Virus record (IMG/VR): IMGVR_UViG_2660238360_000004
DNA length: 17,587 nucleotides
Source: a virus
Taxonomy: Duplodnaviria > Heunggongvirae > Uroviricota > Caudoviricetes
Direction: 5' to 3' (one strand)
Shown in pieces: positions 8,396 through 16,610 of this stretch. Under the pieces are notes generated by a model. The model searched no databases. It was not told the DNA's origin and saw only the letters and a list, made by a program, of their open reading frames with translations. The position numbers and the translations under genes were made by a program. Position 1 is the first letter of the stretch, and each line of letters opens with the position of its first letter.

Positions 8396-10367
8396 TTCCT
8401 GGTTCAGGATGCAGGCTGGTCACCAGAGTGACGCGGATATTTATATTTATGACGAGATTGGTTTCTGGGGTGTTACAGCGAAGCAGTTTATCAGTGATCT
8501 GAATGCACTGGGCGATATCACCCACATTAATCTCCATATTAATTCACCGGGTGGCGATGTCTTTGAAGGCATCGCCATTTTTAATGCGCTGAAAACACAT
8601 GGTGCGTCCATTACCGTTTATGTCGACGGTGTGGCGGCGTCAATGGCGTCGGTCATTGCGATGGTGGGAAACCCGGTCATTATGCCGGAAAACACCTTCA
8701 TGATGATTCATAAACCATTTGGCTTTACGGGCGGTGATGCGGAGGACATGCGCACCTATGCCGACCTGCTCGATAAAGTTGAGGCGGTTCTGTTACCCGC
8801 TTATGCACAGAAAACCGGGAAAACCACCGATGAAATTGCTGCCATGCTGGCGGATGAGACCTGGATGTCCGGTGCCGAATGTCTGGCACATGGATTTGCT
8901 GATCAGGTAACGCCAGCCGTTAAGGCAATGGCATGTATTCAGTCAAAACGTACAGAGGAATTTAAAAAGATGCCGGAATCCATTCGAAACATGATTACTC
9001 CGCCACGCAACAGTGCTCCACGCGTACAGGATAATGAACCTGAAGCCTCCCGGACGCCAGTGCAGGCAGCAGCACCCGTGGTGGATGAAAACAGCATCCG
9101 TGCGCAGGTACTGGCAGAGCAAAAAGCGCGTGTAAACGGTATTAATGATCTGTTTGCCATGTTTGGCGGGCGTTATCAGACGCTGCAGGCTCAGTGTCTT
9201 GCCGATCCTGAATGTTCGCTGGAGCAGGCCCGCGAAAAGCTGTTGAACGAGATGGGGCGCGAGTCCACGCCATCCAATAAAAATACCCCGGCTCATATTT
9301 ATGCCGGTAACGGTAATTTTGTGGGGGACGGGATCCGCCAGGCGCTGATGGCGCGTGCCGGATTTGAAAAAACCGAACGTGATAATGTCTACAACGGGAT
9401 GACCCTGCGTGAATATGCCCGTATGTCACTGACTGAACGGGGTATTGGGGTTTCCAGTTATAACCCGATGCAGATGGTCGGTGCGGCGTTCACACACAGT
9501 ACGTCTGACTTCGGTAATATTCTGCTGGATGTTGCGAACAAAGCCATTCTGCAGGGCTGGGAAGATGCCCCTGAAACCTATGAACAGTGGACGCGGAAAG
9601 GTCAGTTGTCTGATTTTAAAATTGCCCATCGTGTGGGTATGGGTGGCTTCAGTGCTCTGCGTCAGGTGCGTGAAGGGGCGGAATATAAATACGTCACCAC
9701 CGGAGATAAACAGGCCACTATTGCACTGGCGACCTATGGCGAGCTGTTCAGTATCACCCGTCAGGCCATTATCAATGATGATCTGAATATGCTGACCGAT
9801 GTCCCGATGAAACTGGGCCGTGCGGCGAAATCCACTATTGCCGATCTGGTTTATGCCATTCTGACGTCTAACCCGAAAATCTCCACAGATAATGTAAGTC
9901 TGTTCGATAAAGCGAAACATGCAAACGTACTGGAGAGCGCTGCAATGGACGTGGCATCGCTGGATAAAGCCCGCCAGTTGATGCGCGTTCAGAAAGAGGG
10001 GGAGCGTCATCTGAATATTCGTCCTGCGTTCGTACTGGTACCGACGGCGATGGAGTCTGTTGCTAACCAGGTCATTCGCTCCTCAAGTGTCAAGGGGGCT
10101 GACATTAACGCCGGTATTATTAACCCGGTGAAAGATTTTGCGACCGTTATTGCAGAGCCTCGTCTTGATGATAACAGCCAGACCACCTTCTACCTGGCTG
10201 CGTCAAAAGGCTCCGATACGATTGAAGTGGCTTATCTCAACGGTGTGGATACGCCATATATTGATCAGATGGAGGGCTTCAGTGTGGATGGCGTGACAAC
10301 GAAAGTGCGTATTGACGCCGGTGTCGCGCCAGTTGATCACCGCGGTCTGGTGAAATGTACGGCGTAA
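8340..10367 (+). CDS. Fusion protein: ClpP-like (S14) prohead protease, helical scaffold-like linker, HK97-fold major capsid domain
   Basis: One uninterrupted frame. The N-terminal region has ClpP-type motifs (INSPGGDV, a Ser in VAASMASV, a His in MIHKP). The middle is Ala/Gln/Glu-rich and helical. The C-terminal roughly 350 aa look like a major capsid protein. Start is uncertain: GTG at 8340 has AAGGAGG 5 nt upstream; ATG at 8409 is the alternative. Confidence 0.85.
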   Translation: MPQRNDMSRSTPTTSPKNNSWFRMQAGHQSDADIYIYDEIGFWGVTAKQFISDLNALGDITHINLHINSPGGDVFEGIAIFNALKTHGASITVYVDGVAASMASVIAMVGNPVIMPENTFMMIHKPFGFTGGDAEDMRTYADLLDKVEAVLLPAYAQKTGKTTDEIAAMLADETWMSGAECLAHGFADQVTPAVKAMACIQSKRTEEFKKMPESIRNMITPPRNSAPRVQDNEPEASRTPVQAAAPVVDENSIRAQVLAEQKARVNGINDLFAMFGGRYQTLQAQCLADPECSLEQAREKLLNEMGRESTPSNKNTPAHIYAGNGNFVGDGIRQALMARAGFEKTERDNVYNGMTLREYARMSLTERGIGVSSYNPMQMVGAAFTHSTSDFGNILLDVANKAILQGWEDAPETYEQWTRKGQLSDFKIAHRVGMGGFSALRQVREGAEYKYVTTGDKQATIALATYGELFSITRQAIINDDLNMLTDVPMKLGRAAKSTIADLVYAILTSNPKISTDNVSLFDKAKHANVLESAAMDVASLDKARQLMRVQKEGERHLNIRPAFVLVPTAMESVANQVIRSSSVKGADINAGIINPVKDFATVIAEPRLDDNSQTTFYLAASKGSDTIEVAYLNGVDTPYIDQMEGFSVDGVTTKVRIDAGVAPVDHRGLVKCTA

Positions 10368-10390
10368 ACGTCGCAGACAACAACTCTGAT

Positions 10391-10410
10391 GGCCCGTAAG
10401 GGCTTTTTTT
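10391..10410 (+). terminator. Possible weak intrinsic terminator just after the capsid gene
   Basis: Short GC hairpin GCCC-GTAA-GGGC followed by seven T residues, 25 nt after the capsid stop. A second 7-bp hairpin without a T-run (CAGCCCC-TGAA-GGGGCTG) follows at 10422-10439. Confidence 0.4.
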
Positions 10411-10453
10411 GTACCTGAAATCAGCCCCTGAACGGGGCTGTGCGGAGACAGTT

Positions 10454-10777
10454 ATGGCAAAGAATTTTGTAGAAGAAGGAAAAACGGTGGCGATTGTTGC
10501 CAGTGCAGCCATCAGCAGCGGAGATCTGGTGCAGGTGGGTGATGTTTTTGCGGTGGCGCTGACCGATATTCCACAGGGTGAAACAGGCGACGGCATGACC
10601 GAAGGTGTGTTTATCCTGCCTAAACTGAAAACGGATGACATGAAAACGGGTAAGAAGGTTTATCTGAAGTCCGGAAAAGTTCAGCTGACTAACAGCGGCT
10701 CTGATCCGCTGGTCGGGGTTGTCTGGGCAGATGCCGGAACCAGTGCAGAAGAAGTGCCGGTAAAACTCAATGTCTGA
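10454..10777 (+). CDS. DUF2190-like small head protein (putative capsid decoration or cement protein)
   Basis: 107 aa from an ATG with GGAGA 5 nt upstream. Gly/Val-rich, beta-like sequence. Position directly after the major capsid gene. Family assignment is from memory of DUF2190, not a search. Confidence 0.55.
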   Translation: MAKNFVEEGKTVAIVASAAISSGDLVQVGDVFAVALTDIPQGETGDGMTEGVFILPKLKTDDMKTGKKVYLKSGKVQLTNSGSDPLVGVVWADAGTSAEEVPVKLNV

Positions 10778-11045
10778 TCCCTTTTCCCGGCTGGCAGCGC
10801 GTATGGATGCGATCACGGTCAGAAAGATGGGAAAGACAGCCTCGATTAATGATGTCGATATGGCTGTGATCCCGGGCGAAACACTGGCAGAGCTGAATGC
10901 TCTGTCCGGACCTGCGGTCTCTCTGGTGGTGTTTTCTTCGGGATACCGCCCACGGCGCGGGGATCGCGTTGTTTATGACGGACAACAATGGACGGTCACA
11001 CGGCATGAACGTTTTAACGGTAAGCCAATGATCTTTATTGAGTAA
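10770..11045 (+). CDS. gpFII-like head-tail joining protein
   Basis: 91 aa; the start overlaps the preceding stop by 8 nt. Collinear pattern with recalled lambda gpFII (FSRLAARMDAI vs FDNLFDAAIARADETI; the RRGD motif; a hydrophobic strand before it). Confidence 0.65.
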   Translation: MSDPFSRLAARMDAITVRKMGKTASINDVDMAVIPGETLAELNALSGPAVSLVVFSSGYRPRRGDRVVYDGQQWTVTRHERFNGKPMIFIE

Positions 11046-11056
11046 AGAGGTGTGGG

Positions 11057-11635
11057 ATGAAGGGGCTTGAGAATGCCATCCGCAATCTGAACAGCCTTGA
11101 TACCCGTATGGTGCCACAGGCCAGCGCATGGGCGATAAACCGTGTGGCACAGAAAGCGGTCTCGGTTGCCACCCGGCAGGTTGCCGGGAATACCGTTGCG
11201 GGAGATAACCAGGTGAAAGGGATCCCCCTGAAACTGGTACGTCAGCGTGTCCGGGTGTTTAAAGCCAGTCCGTCAGGAAAAATGACGGCCAGGATCCGCG
11301 TTAACCGGGGCAATCTGCCCGCCATTAAGCTGGGGACAGCCCGGGTCAGACTGGCCCGGCGTGGTGGAAAACTGCAGTACCGTGGCAGTGTGCTGAAGGT
11401 GGGTAAATATCTTTTCCGGGATGCGTTTATTCAGCAACTGGCGAATGGTCGCTGGCATGTGATGCGGCGTATTGATGGCAAAAATCGTTACCCCATTGAT
11501 GTGGTGAAAATCCCGCTTTCCGGACCGCTGACACAGGCATTTGAAGATGCCCGCGACCGCATCATTGCTGCGGAAATGCCGAAACAGCTGGGGTATGCAC
11601 TGAAACAACAACTGAGGTTATGGCTGACCCGATGA
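11057..11635 (+). CDS. gpZ-like tail completion protein
   Basis: 192 aa, the same length as lambda gpZ. Position between the FII-like and U-like genes. GAGG Shine-Dalgarno. Basic, Arg-rich protein. Confidence 0.65.
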   Translation: MKGLENAIRNLNSLDTRMVPQASAWAINRVAQKAVSVATRQVAGNTVAGDNQVKGIPLKLVRQRVRVFKASPSGKMTARIRVNRGNLPAIKLGTARVRLARRGGKLQYRGSVLKVGKYLFRDAFIQQLANGRWHVMRRIDGKNRYPIDVVKIPLSGPLTQAFEDARDRIIAAEMPKQLGYALKQQLRLWLTR

Positions 11636-12033
11636 ACCGACATACACAAATCCGCCAGGCCGTACTGGCACGCCTTCGGGAACAGTGTGGAGACAGCGCC
11701 ACGTTTTTTGACGGGCTTCCGGCATTTATTGATGCGCAGGAACTGCCTGCCGTGGCGGTGTGGCTGAGTGATGCTCAGTACACCGGAAAAATGACGGATG
11801 AAGATGACTGGCAGGCTGTTCTGCATATTGCTGTCTTCATCCGGGCACAGGCACCGGATTCAGAGCTGGATATGTGGATGGAGAGCACCATTTTCCCGGC
11901 TCTGAATGATATACCGGCACTTTCCGGACTCATCGACACCCTGATCCCTCTCGGTTTTAACTATCAACGTGATAATGAGATGGCCACCTGGGCGATGGCG
12001 GAAATCACGTACCAGATCACGTACACGAATTAA
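11632..12033 (+). CDS. gpU-like tail terminator protein (alternative start at 11620)
   Basis: Strongly collinear with recalled lambda gpU: ATFFDGLPAFIDAQELPAVAVWLSDAQYTG vs ATFFDGRPAVFDEADFPAVAVYLTGAEYTG; PDSELDMWMES vs PDSELDAWMES; DIPALSGLI vs DIPALSDLI; C-terminal ITYQITY vs LTYVITY. The ATG at 11632 overlaps the gpZ-like stop (ATGA). Confidence 0.9.
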   Translation: MNRHTQIRQAVLARLREQCGDSATFFDGLPAFIDAQELPAVAVWLSDAQYTGKMTDEDDWQAVLHIAVFIRAQAPDSELDMWMESTIFPALNDIPALSGLIDTLIPLGFNYQRDNEMATWAMAEITYQITYTN

Positions 12034-12044
12034 AGGAGGTGGCA

Positions 12045-12788
12045 ATGACCACACCAAATCCACTGGCAAAAACGAAAGGTGCGGGAACGACGTTCTGGAT
12101 GTACACCGGCAAGGGCGATGCGTTTGCGAACCCTTTATCGGACACTGACTGGCTGCGTCTTGCGATGGTGAAGGATCTGCAACCTGGCGAAATGACCGCT
12201 GATGCAGAAGATGACACTTATCTCGATGATGAAGATGCAGACTGGAAAACGACAACCCAGGGGCAGAAATCCGTCGGTGATACTTCGGCGACGCTGGCCT
12301 GGCGTCCGGGTGACAGCGGACAGAAAAAACTGGTTCAGTTGTTCGACTCCGGTGAAGTCTGCGCGTTTCGTATCAAATATCCCAACGGCACTGTTGATGT
12401 TTTCCGTGGCTGGCTGAGCTCACTGGGTAAAACCATTGCCTCAAAAGACGTGATGACCCACACAGTGAAAATCAGCGGTGTGGGGCGTCCGTATCTGGCA
12501 GAGGAAGGCACTGAAACAGTGAGCGTTACCGGGCTGACGGTGGCACCGGCATCTGCCAGTGTAAAAGTGGGAGCAACCACCACGCTGACCTTTACAGTAA
12601 AACCTGACGGAGCCAGTGACAAAGCGATCAGTGTGCATTCGACAGATCCACAGACTGCCACGGTGACCCTGAACGGGCTTGTGGCCACGGTGAAAGGCGT
12701 GAAGCAGGGCAGTGTCAGCATTGTGGGCATGACTTCTGACGGCGATTTTGTGGCAGTGGCTGCGGTGGCTGTCAGCGCCGCAGGTTAA
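12045..12788 (+). CDS. Major tail protein, lambda gpV family, with C-terminal Ig-like domain
   Basis: AAGGAGG 5 nt upstream of the ATG at 12045. [36 protein letters not shown]... is collinear with recalled lambda gpV ([48 protein letters not shown]). C-terminal Thr/Val-rich Ig-like region. Confidence 0.95.
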   Translation: [247 protein letters not shown]

Positions 12789-12808
12789 CAGGACGATACT
12801 CATCATTT

Positions 12809-12832
12809 GCCCCGGTTATCCGGGGCTTTTTT
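12809..12832 (+). terminator. Intrinsic terminator (or attenuator) between the major tail gene and the tail chaperone genes
   Basis: Perfect 7-bp GC hairpin GCCCCGG-TTAT-CCGGGGC followed by TTTTTT, 20 nt after the gpV-like stop. Confidence 0.6.
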
Positions 12833-12848
12833 GCAGGTGGAGAACATG

Positions 12849-13235
12849 ATGTTTCTGAAACAGGGCACGTTTAATTATGAAAAGCAGTCCGTGGTGCTCA
12901 GTGAGCTGTCCGGGCTGCAGAGAATTGAATATCTGGCGTTTGTTCAGCAGCGAACGGCAAAGTTTGATGCCGAAGAGGGAGAACTGCCGGAGGCTGAACG
13001 ACAGATTGCTTTTCTGCGGATGGGGATGGATATCAATGCCTGGCTGGTTTCCCGCTCACTGTGGAATGCGGAACAGTCTCAGGATGTTGAGACGCTTTGC
13101 GCATCCGTTATTACAACATGGTCGTATGATGCCCTGGGAGCGGGGGCGGAGATGGTTCTGTCGCTGAGCGGTATGGGAGCCATTGAGAATGCCGGGGATT
13201 TGGAGCATGAGGTGCTGACGCCGGAAAAGTCCTGA
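12849..13235 (+). CDS. gpG-like tail assembly chaperone (start 12846 or 12849)
   Basis: MFLKQGTFNYEKQSVVLSELSGLQRIEYLAF is collinear with recalled lambda gpG (MFLKTESFEHNGVTVTLSELSALQRIEHLAL). GGTGGAG upstream of the ATG. Confidence 0.85.
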   Translation: MFLKQGTFNYEKQSVVLSELSGLQRIEYLAFVQQRTAKFDAEEGELPEAERQIAFLRMGMDINAWLVSRSLWNAEQSQDVETLCASVITTWSYDALGAGAEMVLSLSGMGAIENAGDLEHEVLTPEKS

Positions 13236-13573
13236 CGCGGGAAATGCAGTTTGTCATGCGGCTTGCCCGGGAGTTCAGGCGGGCAGACTGGCGGCGGATG
13301 CTGTCGGAAATGTCGGCCACTGAGCTTGGTGAGTGGGGCGATTATTTCCGGATGCAGAGCTTCAGTGATGTGTGGATGGATGCGCAGTTTGCCTCGCTGA
13401 AGGCATTGATCGTGAGAATGGTGTCCGGCAGCAGTGATGCTGCGGTGGCTGATTTCAGCCTTTTACCGGAAGAGAACGGGATACCGGAGCGAACGGACGA
13501 AGAACTGATGCATCTTGGGGAAGGTATTTCCGGAGGTGTGCGTTATGGACCAGATAGCCAACCTGGTCATTGA
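13223..13573 (+). CDS. gpT-like segment, expected to be made only as a G-T fusion after a -1 ribosomal frameshift near 13223-13229
   Basis: The -1 frame relative to the gpG-like gene is open from 13211 to 13573 and overlaps the end of that gene. It has no convincing start of its own until the ATG at 13244. The heptamer GGAAAAG at 13223-13229 sits where lambda has its G-T slippery site (GGGAAAG). Confidence 0.65.
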   Translation, partial: GKVLTREMQFVMRLAREFRRADWRRMLSEMSATELGEWGDYFRMQSFSDVWMDAQFASLKALIVRMVSGSSDAAVADFSLLPEENGIPERTDEELMHLGEGISGGVRYGPDSQPGH

Positions 13574-16500
13574 TTTGGGGATTGATGCGGCAGAGTTTAA
13601 AAATGAAATTCCCCGTATCAAAAACCTTCTGAATGGTGCAGCCAGCGATGCAGAACGGTCTTCTGCCCGTATGCAGCGTTTTATGGAGCGTCAGACTCAG
13701 GCCGCCCGGCAGACAACGCAGGCGGCGTCTTCGGCTGCAACAGCCGCATCCGTCCATGCGCAGACGGTGGAGAAGAACGCACAGGCTCATGAACGCATGG
13801 CCCGCGAGGTGGAGAAAACCCGCCAGCGTATGGAGGCACTGAGCCAGAAAATGCGCGAGGAACAGGCGCAGGCCATGGCTCTGGCGGAGGCTCAGGATAA
13901 AGCAGCTGCTGCGTTTTATCGTCAGATTGACAGTGTGAAACAGGCCAGTGCGGGGCTGCAGGAATTACAGCGTATTCAGCAGCAGATCCGACAGGCCAGA
14001 AACAGTGGCGGGATTGGTCAGCAGGATTATCTGGCGCTGATTTCTGAGGTTACGGCGAAAACCCGTGTTCTTACGCAGGCTGAGGAAGAGGCTACCCGAC
14101 AGAAAGTGGCGTTTATCCGTCAGCTTAAAGAGCAGGCAACCCGCCAGAATCTTTCTTCTTCTGAGTTGCTTCGTGCTAAGGCTGCCCAGCTGGGGGTAAG
14201 CAGTGCTGCAGAAGTGTATATCCGCAAAATGGAGCAGGCAGGAAAAGCCACGCATTCGCTGGGTCTGAAAAGTGCAGCGGCCCGCCAGGAGATAGGCGTT
14301 CTGATAGGTGAACTGGCCCGCGGCAATTTAGGGGCGCTGAGGGGATCCGGGATAACGCTGGCTAACCGTGCCGGATGGATAGACACTCTGATGTCACCGA
14401 AAGGCATGATGCTTGGCGGGGTTATTGGCGGTATTGCCGCGTCCGTCTATGGTCTGGGTAAAGCCTGGTATGACGGTCAGAAGGAGGGGGAAGAATTTAA
14501 CCGCCAGTTGTCGCTGACGGGGCATTATGCCGGAGTCACTGCCGGGCAGCTGTGGACGCTCAGTCGTGCTATTTCCGGGAATGGTATCACGCAACATGCT
14601 GCAGCCGGTGTGCTGGCTCAGGTGGTGGGGAGTGGTGCATTTCGTGGAAACGATATCGGTATGGTGGCGAGAGCTGCCGCACAGATGGAGCGATCGGTTG
14701 GCCAGTCGGTCAGCGATACCATAAATCAGTTTAAGCGGCTGAAGGATGATCCTGTAAATGCCGCGAAGGCTCTGGACAATGAGCTGCATTTTCTTACTGC
14801 CACTCAGCTTGAGCAGATACGTGTCCTTGGGGATCAGGGACGGTCCAGTGATGCTGCACGGATAGCCATGTCTGCACTGGCAGAGGAAACCGGTCGGCGT
14901 ACTGCGGATATTGATAATAACCTCAATGCGCTTGGCAGTACGCTGAAGTATCTGTCTGATTTATGGAGTCGTTTCTGGGATGCGGCCATGAATATTGGTC
15001 GTGAAGACTCGCTGGATGAACAGATTGCCGCTTTACAGGAGAAAGTGTCGCGGGCGAAAAGACTCCCCTGGACGGCATCATCTTCTCAGGTTGAATACGA
15101 TCAGCAGCGTCTTAACGATCTTCAGGAGAAAAAACGCCAGAAGGATTTGCAGGATGCAAAAGAGCAGGCAGAGCGGAATTATCAGGAGCAACAGAAACGA
15201 CGTAATGCTGAAAATGCTGCACTGAACCGGATGAATGAAACGGAAGCAGCACGACATCAGCGTGAAATTGCGCGTATTAATGCCATGCAGTACGCCGATC
15301 AGGCTGTCAGGGATGCAGCGATACAACGTGAAAATGAACGTTACGAGAAAGCCCTGGCATCCGGTAAGAAAAAAACACGCGAAACCCGTAATGATGAGGC
15401 CACCCGGTTATTGCTGCAGTACAGTCAGCAACAGGCACAGGTGGAAGGACAGATTGCTGCTGCAAGACAGTCAGCAGGCATTGCCACTGAAAAGATGACA
15501 GAAGCGCATAAACAGCTTCTGGCTCTGCAGCAGCGCATCAGCGATCTGGACGGGAAAAAACTGACGGCAGATGAAAAGAGTGTGCTGGCCCGTAAAGATG
15601 AACTGATTCAGGCACTGACGCTGCTGGATGTAAAACAGCAGGAGCTTCAGAAACAGACGGCACTCAACGATCTGAAGAAAAAAACAATTCAGCTGACCAG
15701 TCAACTGGCTGAAGAAGAGCTCGCTCAGCGTCAGCAACATGACCTGGATATCGCCACGGTGGGTATGGGTGATCAGCAGCGGCAGCGATATCAGGTACAA
15801 CTGAGTCTTCGCCAGAAATACCAGCAACAGCTGGAGCAGTTGAGGCGGGATAGTGAGCAGAAAGGGACATATAACACGGATGACTACAGAAAGGCCGAGC
15901 AGGCGCTGACGGAGAGCCTGAACCGACAACTGAATGAGAATCGCCGTTACTGGCAACAGCTTGAAGTTGTGCAGGGTAACTGGAAAAACGGAGTCCTGCG
16001 TGCATTTCAGGATTTTACCGTGGATGCAGACAATACGGCAGGAACAGCAGAACAGGTGTTCTCGTCAGCCTTCAGCAACATGGGAAATGGCCTGGCAACT
16101 TTTGTCACTACCGGCAAACTCAACTTCAAATCCTTCACCTCTTCGGTGCTGTCAGATATGGCGAAAATCCTGGCGCAGGCAACCATGATGAAATCGATAA
16201 AAGGGATTGGCAGTGTACTGGGATTTGATCTCAGCAGCCTTTCCCTGAATGCCAATGGGGGGATTTATCAGTCTGCTGATTTGAGTCGTTACAGTGGCAC
16301 GGTGGTTAACCGTCCGACGTTTTTTGCTTTTGCAAAAGGCGCGGGTGTGATGGGGGAAGCGGGACCTGAAGCCATTCTGCCACTGCGTCGTGGTGCTGAC
16401 GGTAAGCTGGGGGTTGTGGCGGATATTGGTGGTTCAGGTATGGCGATGTTTGCCCCGCAGTACAACATCGAGATCAATAACGATGGCACGAACGGGCAGA

Positions 16501-16610
16501 TAGGTCCGGCTGCCCTGAAGGTGGTTTATGACCTTGGGAAAAAAGCGGCAGCGGACTTTATGCAACAGCAGGCCCGTGATGGTGGTCGGTTAAGTGGAGC
16601 ATATCGGTAA
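13545..16610 (+). CDS. Tail tape measure protein, lambda gpH family
   Basis: 1021 aa from an ATG with GGAGGTG 6 nt upstream. N-terminus DQIANLVIDLGIDAAEF matches lambda gpH VGDLVVDLSLDAARF. Long Ala/Gln/Glu/Arg-rich coiled-coil centre. C-terminus NIEINNDGTNGQIGPAALKVVYDLGKKAAADFMQQQARDGG matches lambda gpH VVINNDGTNGQIGPAALKAVYDMARKGARDEIQTQMRDGG. Confidence 0.95.
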   Translation: MDQIANLVIDLGIDAAEFKNEIPRIKNLLNGAASDAERSSARMQRFMERQTQAARQTTQAASSAATAASVHAQTVEKNAQAHERMAREVEKTRQRMEALSQKMREEQAQAMALAEAQDKAAAAFYRQIDSVKQASAGLQELQRIQQQIRQARNSGGIGQQDYLALISEVTAKTRVLTQAEEEATRQKVAFIRQLKEQATRQNLSSSELLRAKAAQLGVSSAAEVYIRKMEQAGKATHSLGLKSAAARQEIGVLIGELARGNLGALRGSGITLANRAGWIDTLMSPKGMMLGGVIGGIAASVYGLGKAWYDGQKEGEEFNRQLSLTGHYAGVTAGQLWTLSRAISGNGITQHAAAGVLAQVVGSGAFRGNDIGMVARAAAQMERSVGQSVSDTINQFKRLKDDPVNAAKALDNELHFLTATQLEQIRVLGDQGRSSDAARIAMSALAEETGRRTADIDNNLNALGSTLKYLSDLWSRFWDAAMNIGREDSLDEQIAALQEKVSRAKRLPWTASSSQVEYDQQRLNDLQEKKRQKDLQDAKEQAERNYQEQQKRRNAENAALNRMNETEAARHQREIARINAMQYADQAVRDAAIQRENERYEKALASGKKKTRETRNDEATRLLLQYSQQQAQVEGQIAAARQSAGIATEKMTEAHKQLLALQQRISDLDGKKLTADEKSVLARKDELIQALTLLDVKQQELQKQTALNDLKKKTIQLTSQLAEEELAQRQQHDLDIATVGMGDQQRQRYQVQLSLRQKYQQQLEQLRRDSEQKGTYNTDDYRKAEQALTESLNRQLNENRRYWQQLEVVQGNWKNGVLRAFQDFTVDADNTAGTAEQVFSSAFSNMGNGLATFVTTGKLNFKSFTSSVLSDMAKILAQATMMKSIKGIGSVLGFDLSSLSLNANGGIYQSADLSRYSGTVVNRPTFFAFAKGAGVMGEAGPEAILPLRRGADGKLGVVADIGGSGMAMFAPQYNIEINNDGTNGQIGPAALKVVYDLGKKAAADFMQQQARDGGRLSGAYR

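Noticed and set aside
7075-8537. Minus-strand ORFs and the + strand ORF 7062..7292 inside the portal gene
   Set aside because: All lie within or antisense to the portal coding frame. Arg/Ser-rich translations typical of out-of-frame GC-rich DNA.
8719-10010. Several ORFs of 63 to 194 aa on both strands inside the protease-capsid gene
   Set aside because: Embedded in a long, well-supported ORF. The translations are Arg/Cys/His-rich and not protein-like.
10279-11826. Minus-strand ORFs of 112 to 131 aa across the DUF2190-like, FII-like and gpZ-like genes
   Set aside because: Antisense shadows. They would need to overlap three co-directional, translationally coupled structural genes.
12877-13167. 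+ strand 96-aa ORF in an alternative frame inside the gpG-like gene
   Set aside because: Out-of-frame overlap with the gpG-like gene. It is not the frameshift (T) frame, which opens only at 13211.
13455-16489. Many minus-strand and alternative-frame ORFs inside the tape measure gene, up to 161 aa
   Set aside because: The repetitive Ala/Gln/Arg codon composition of the coiled-coil tape measure leaves stop-free antisense frames. None has start signals, and the sense frame matches lambda gpH at both ends.
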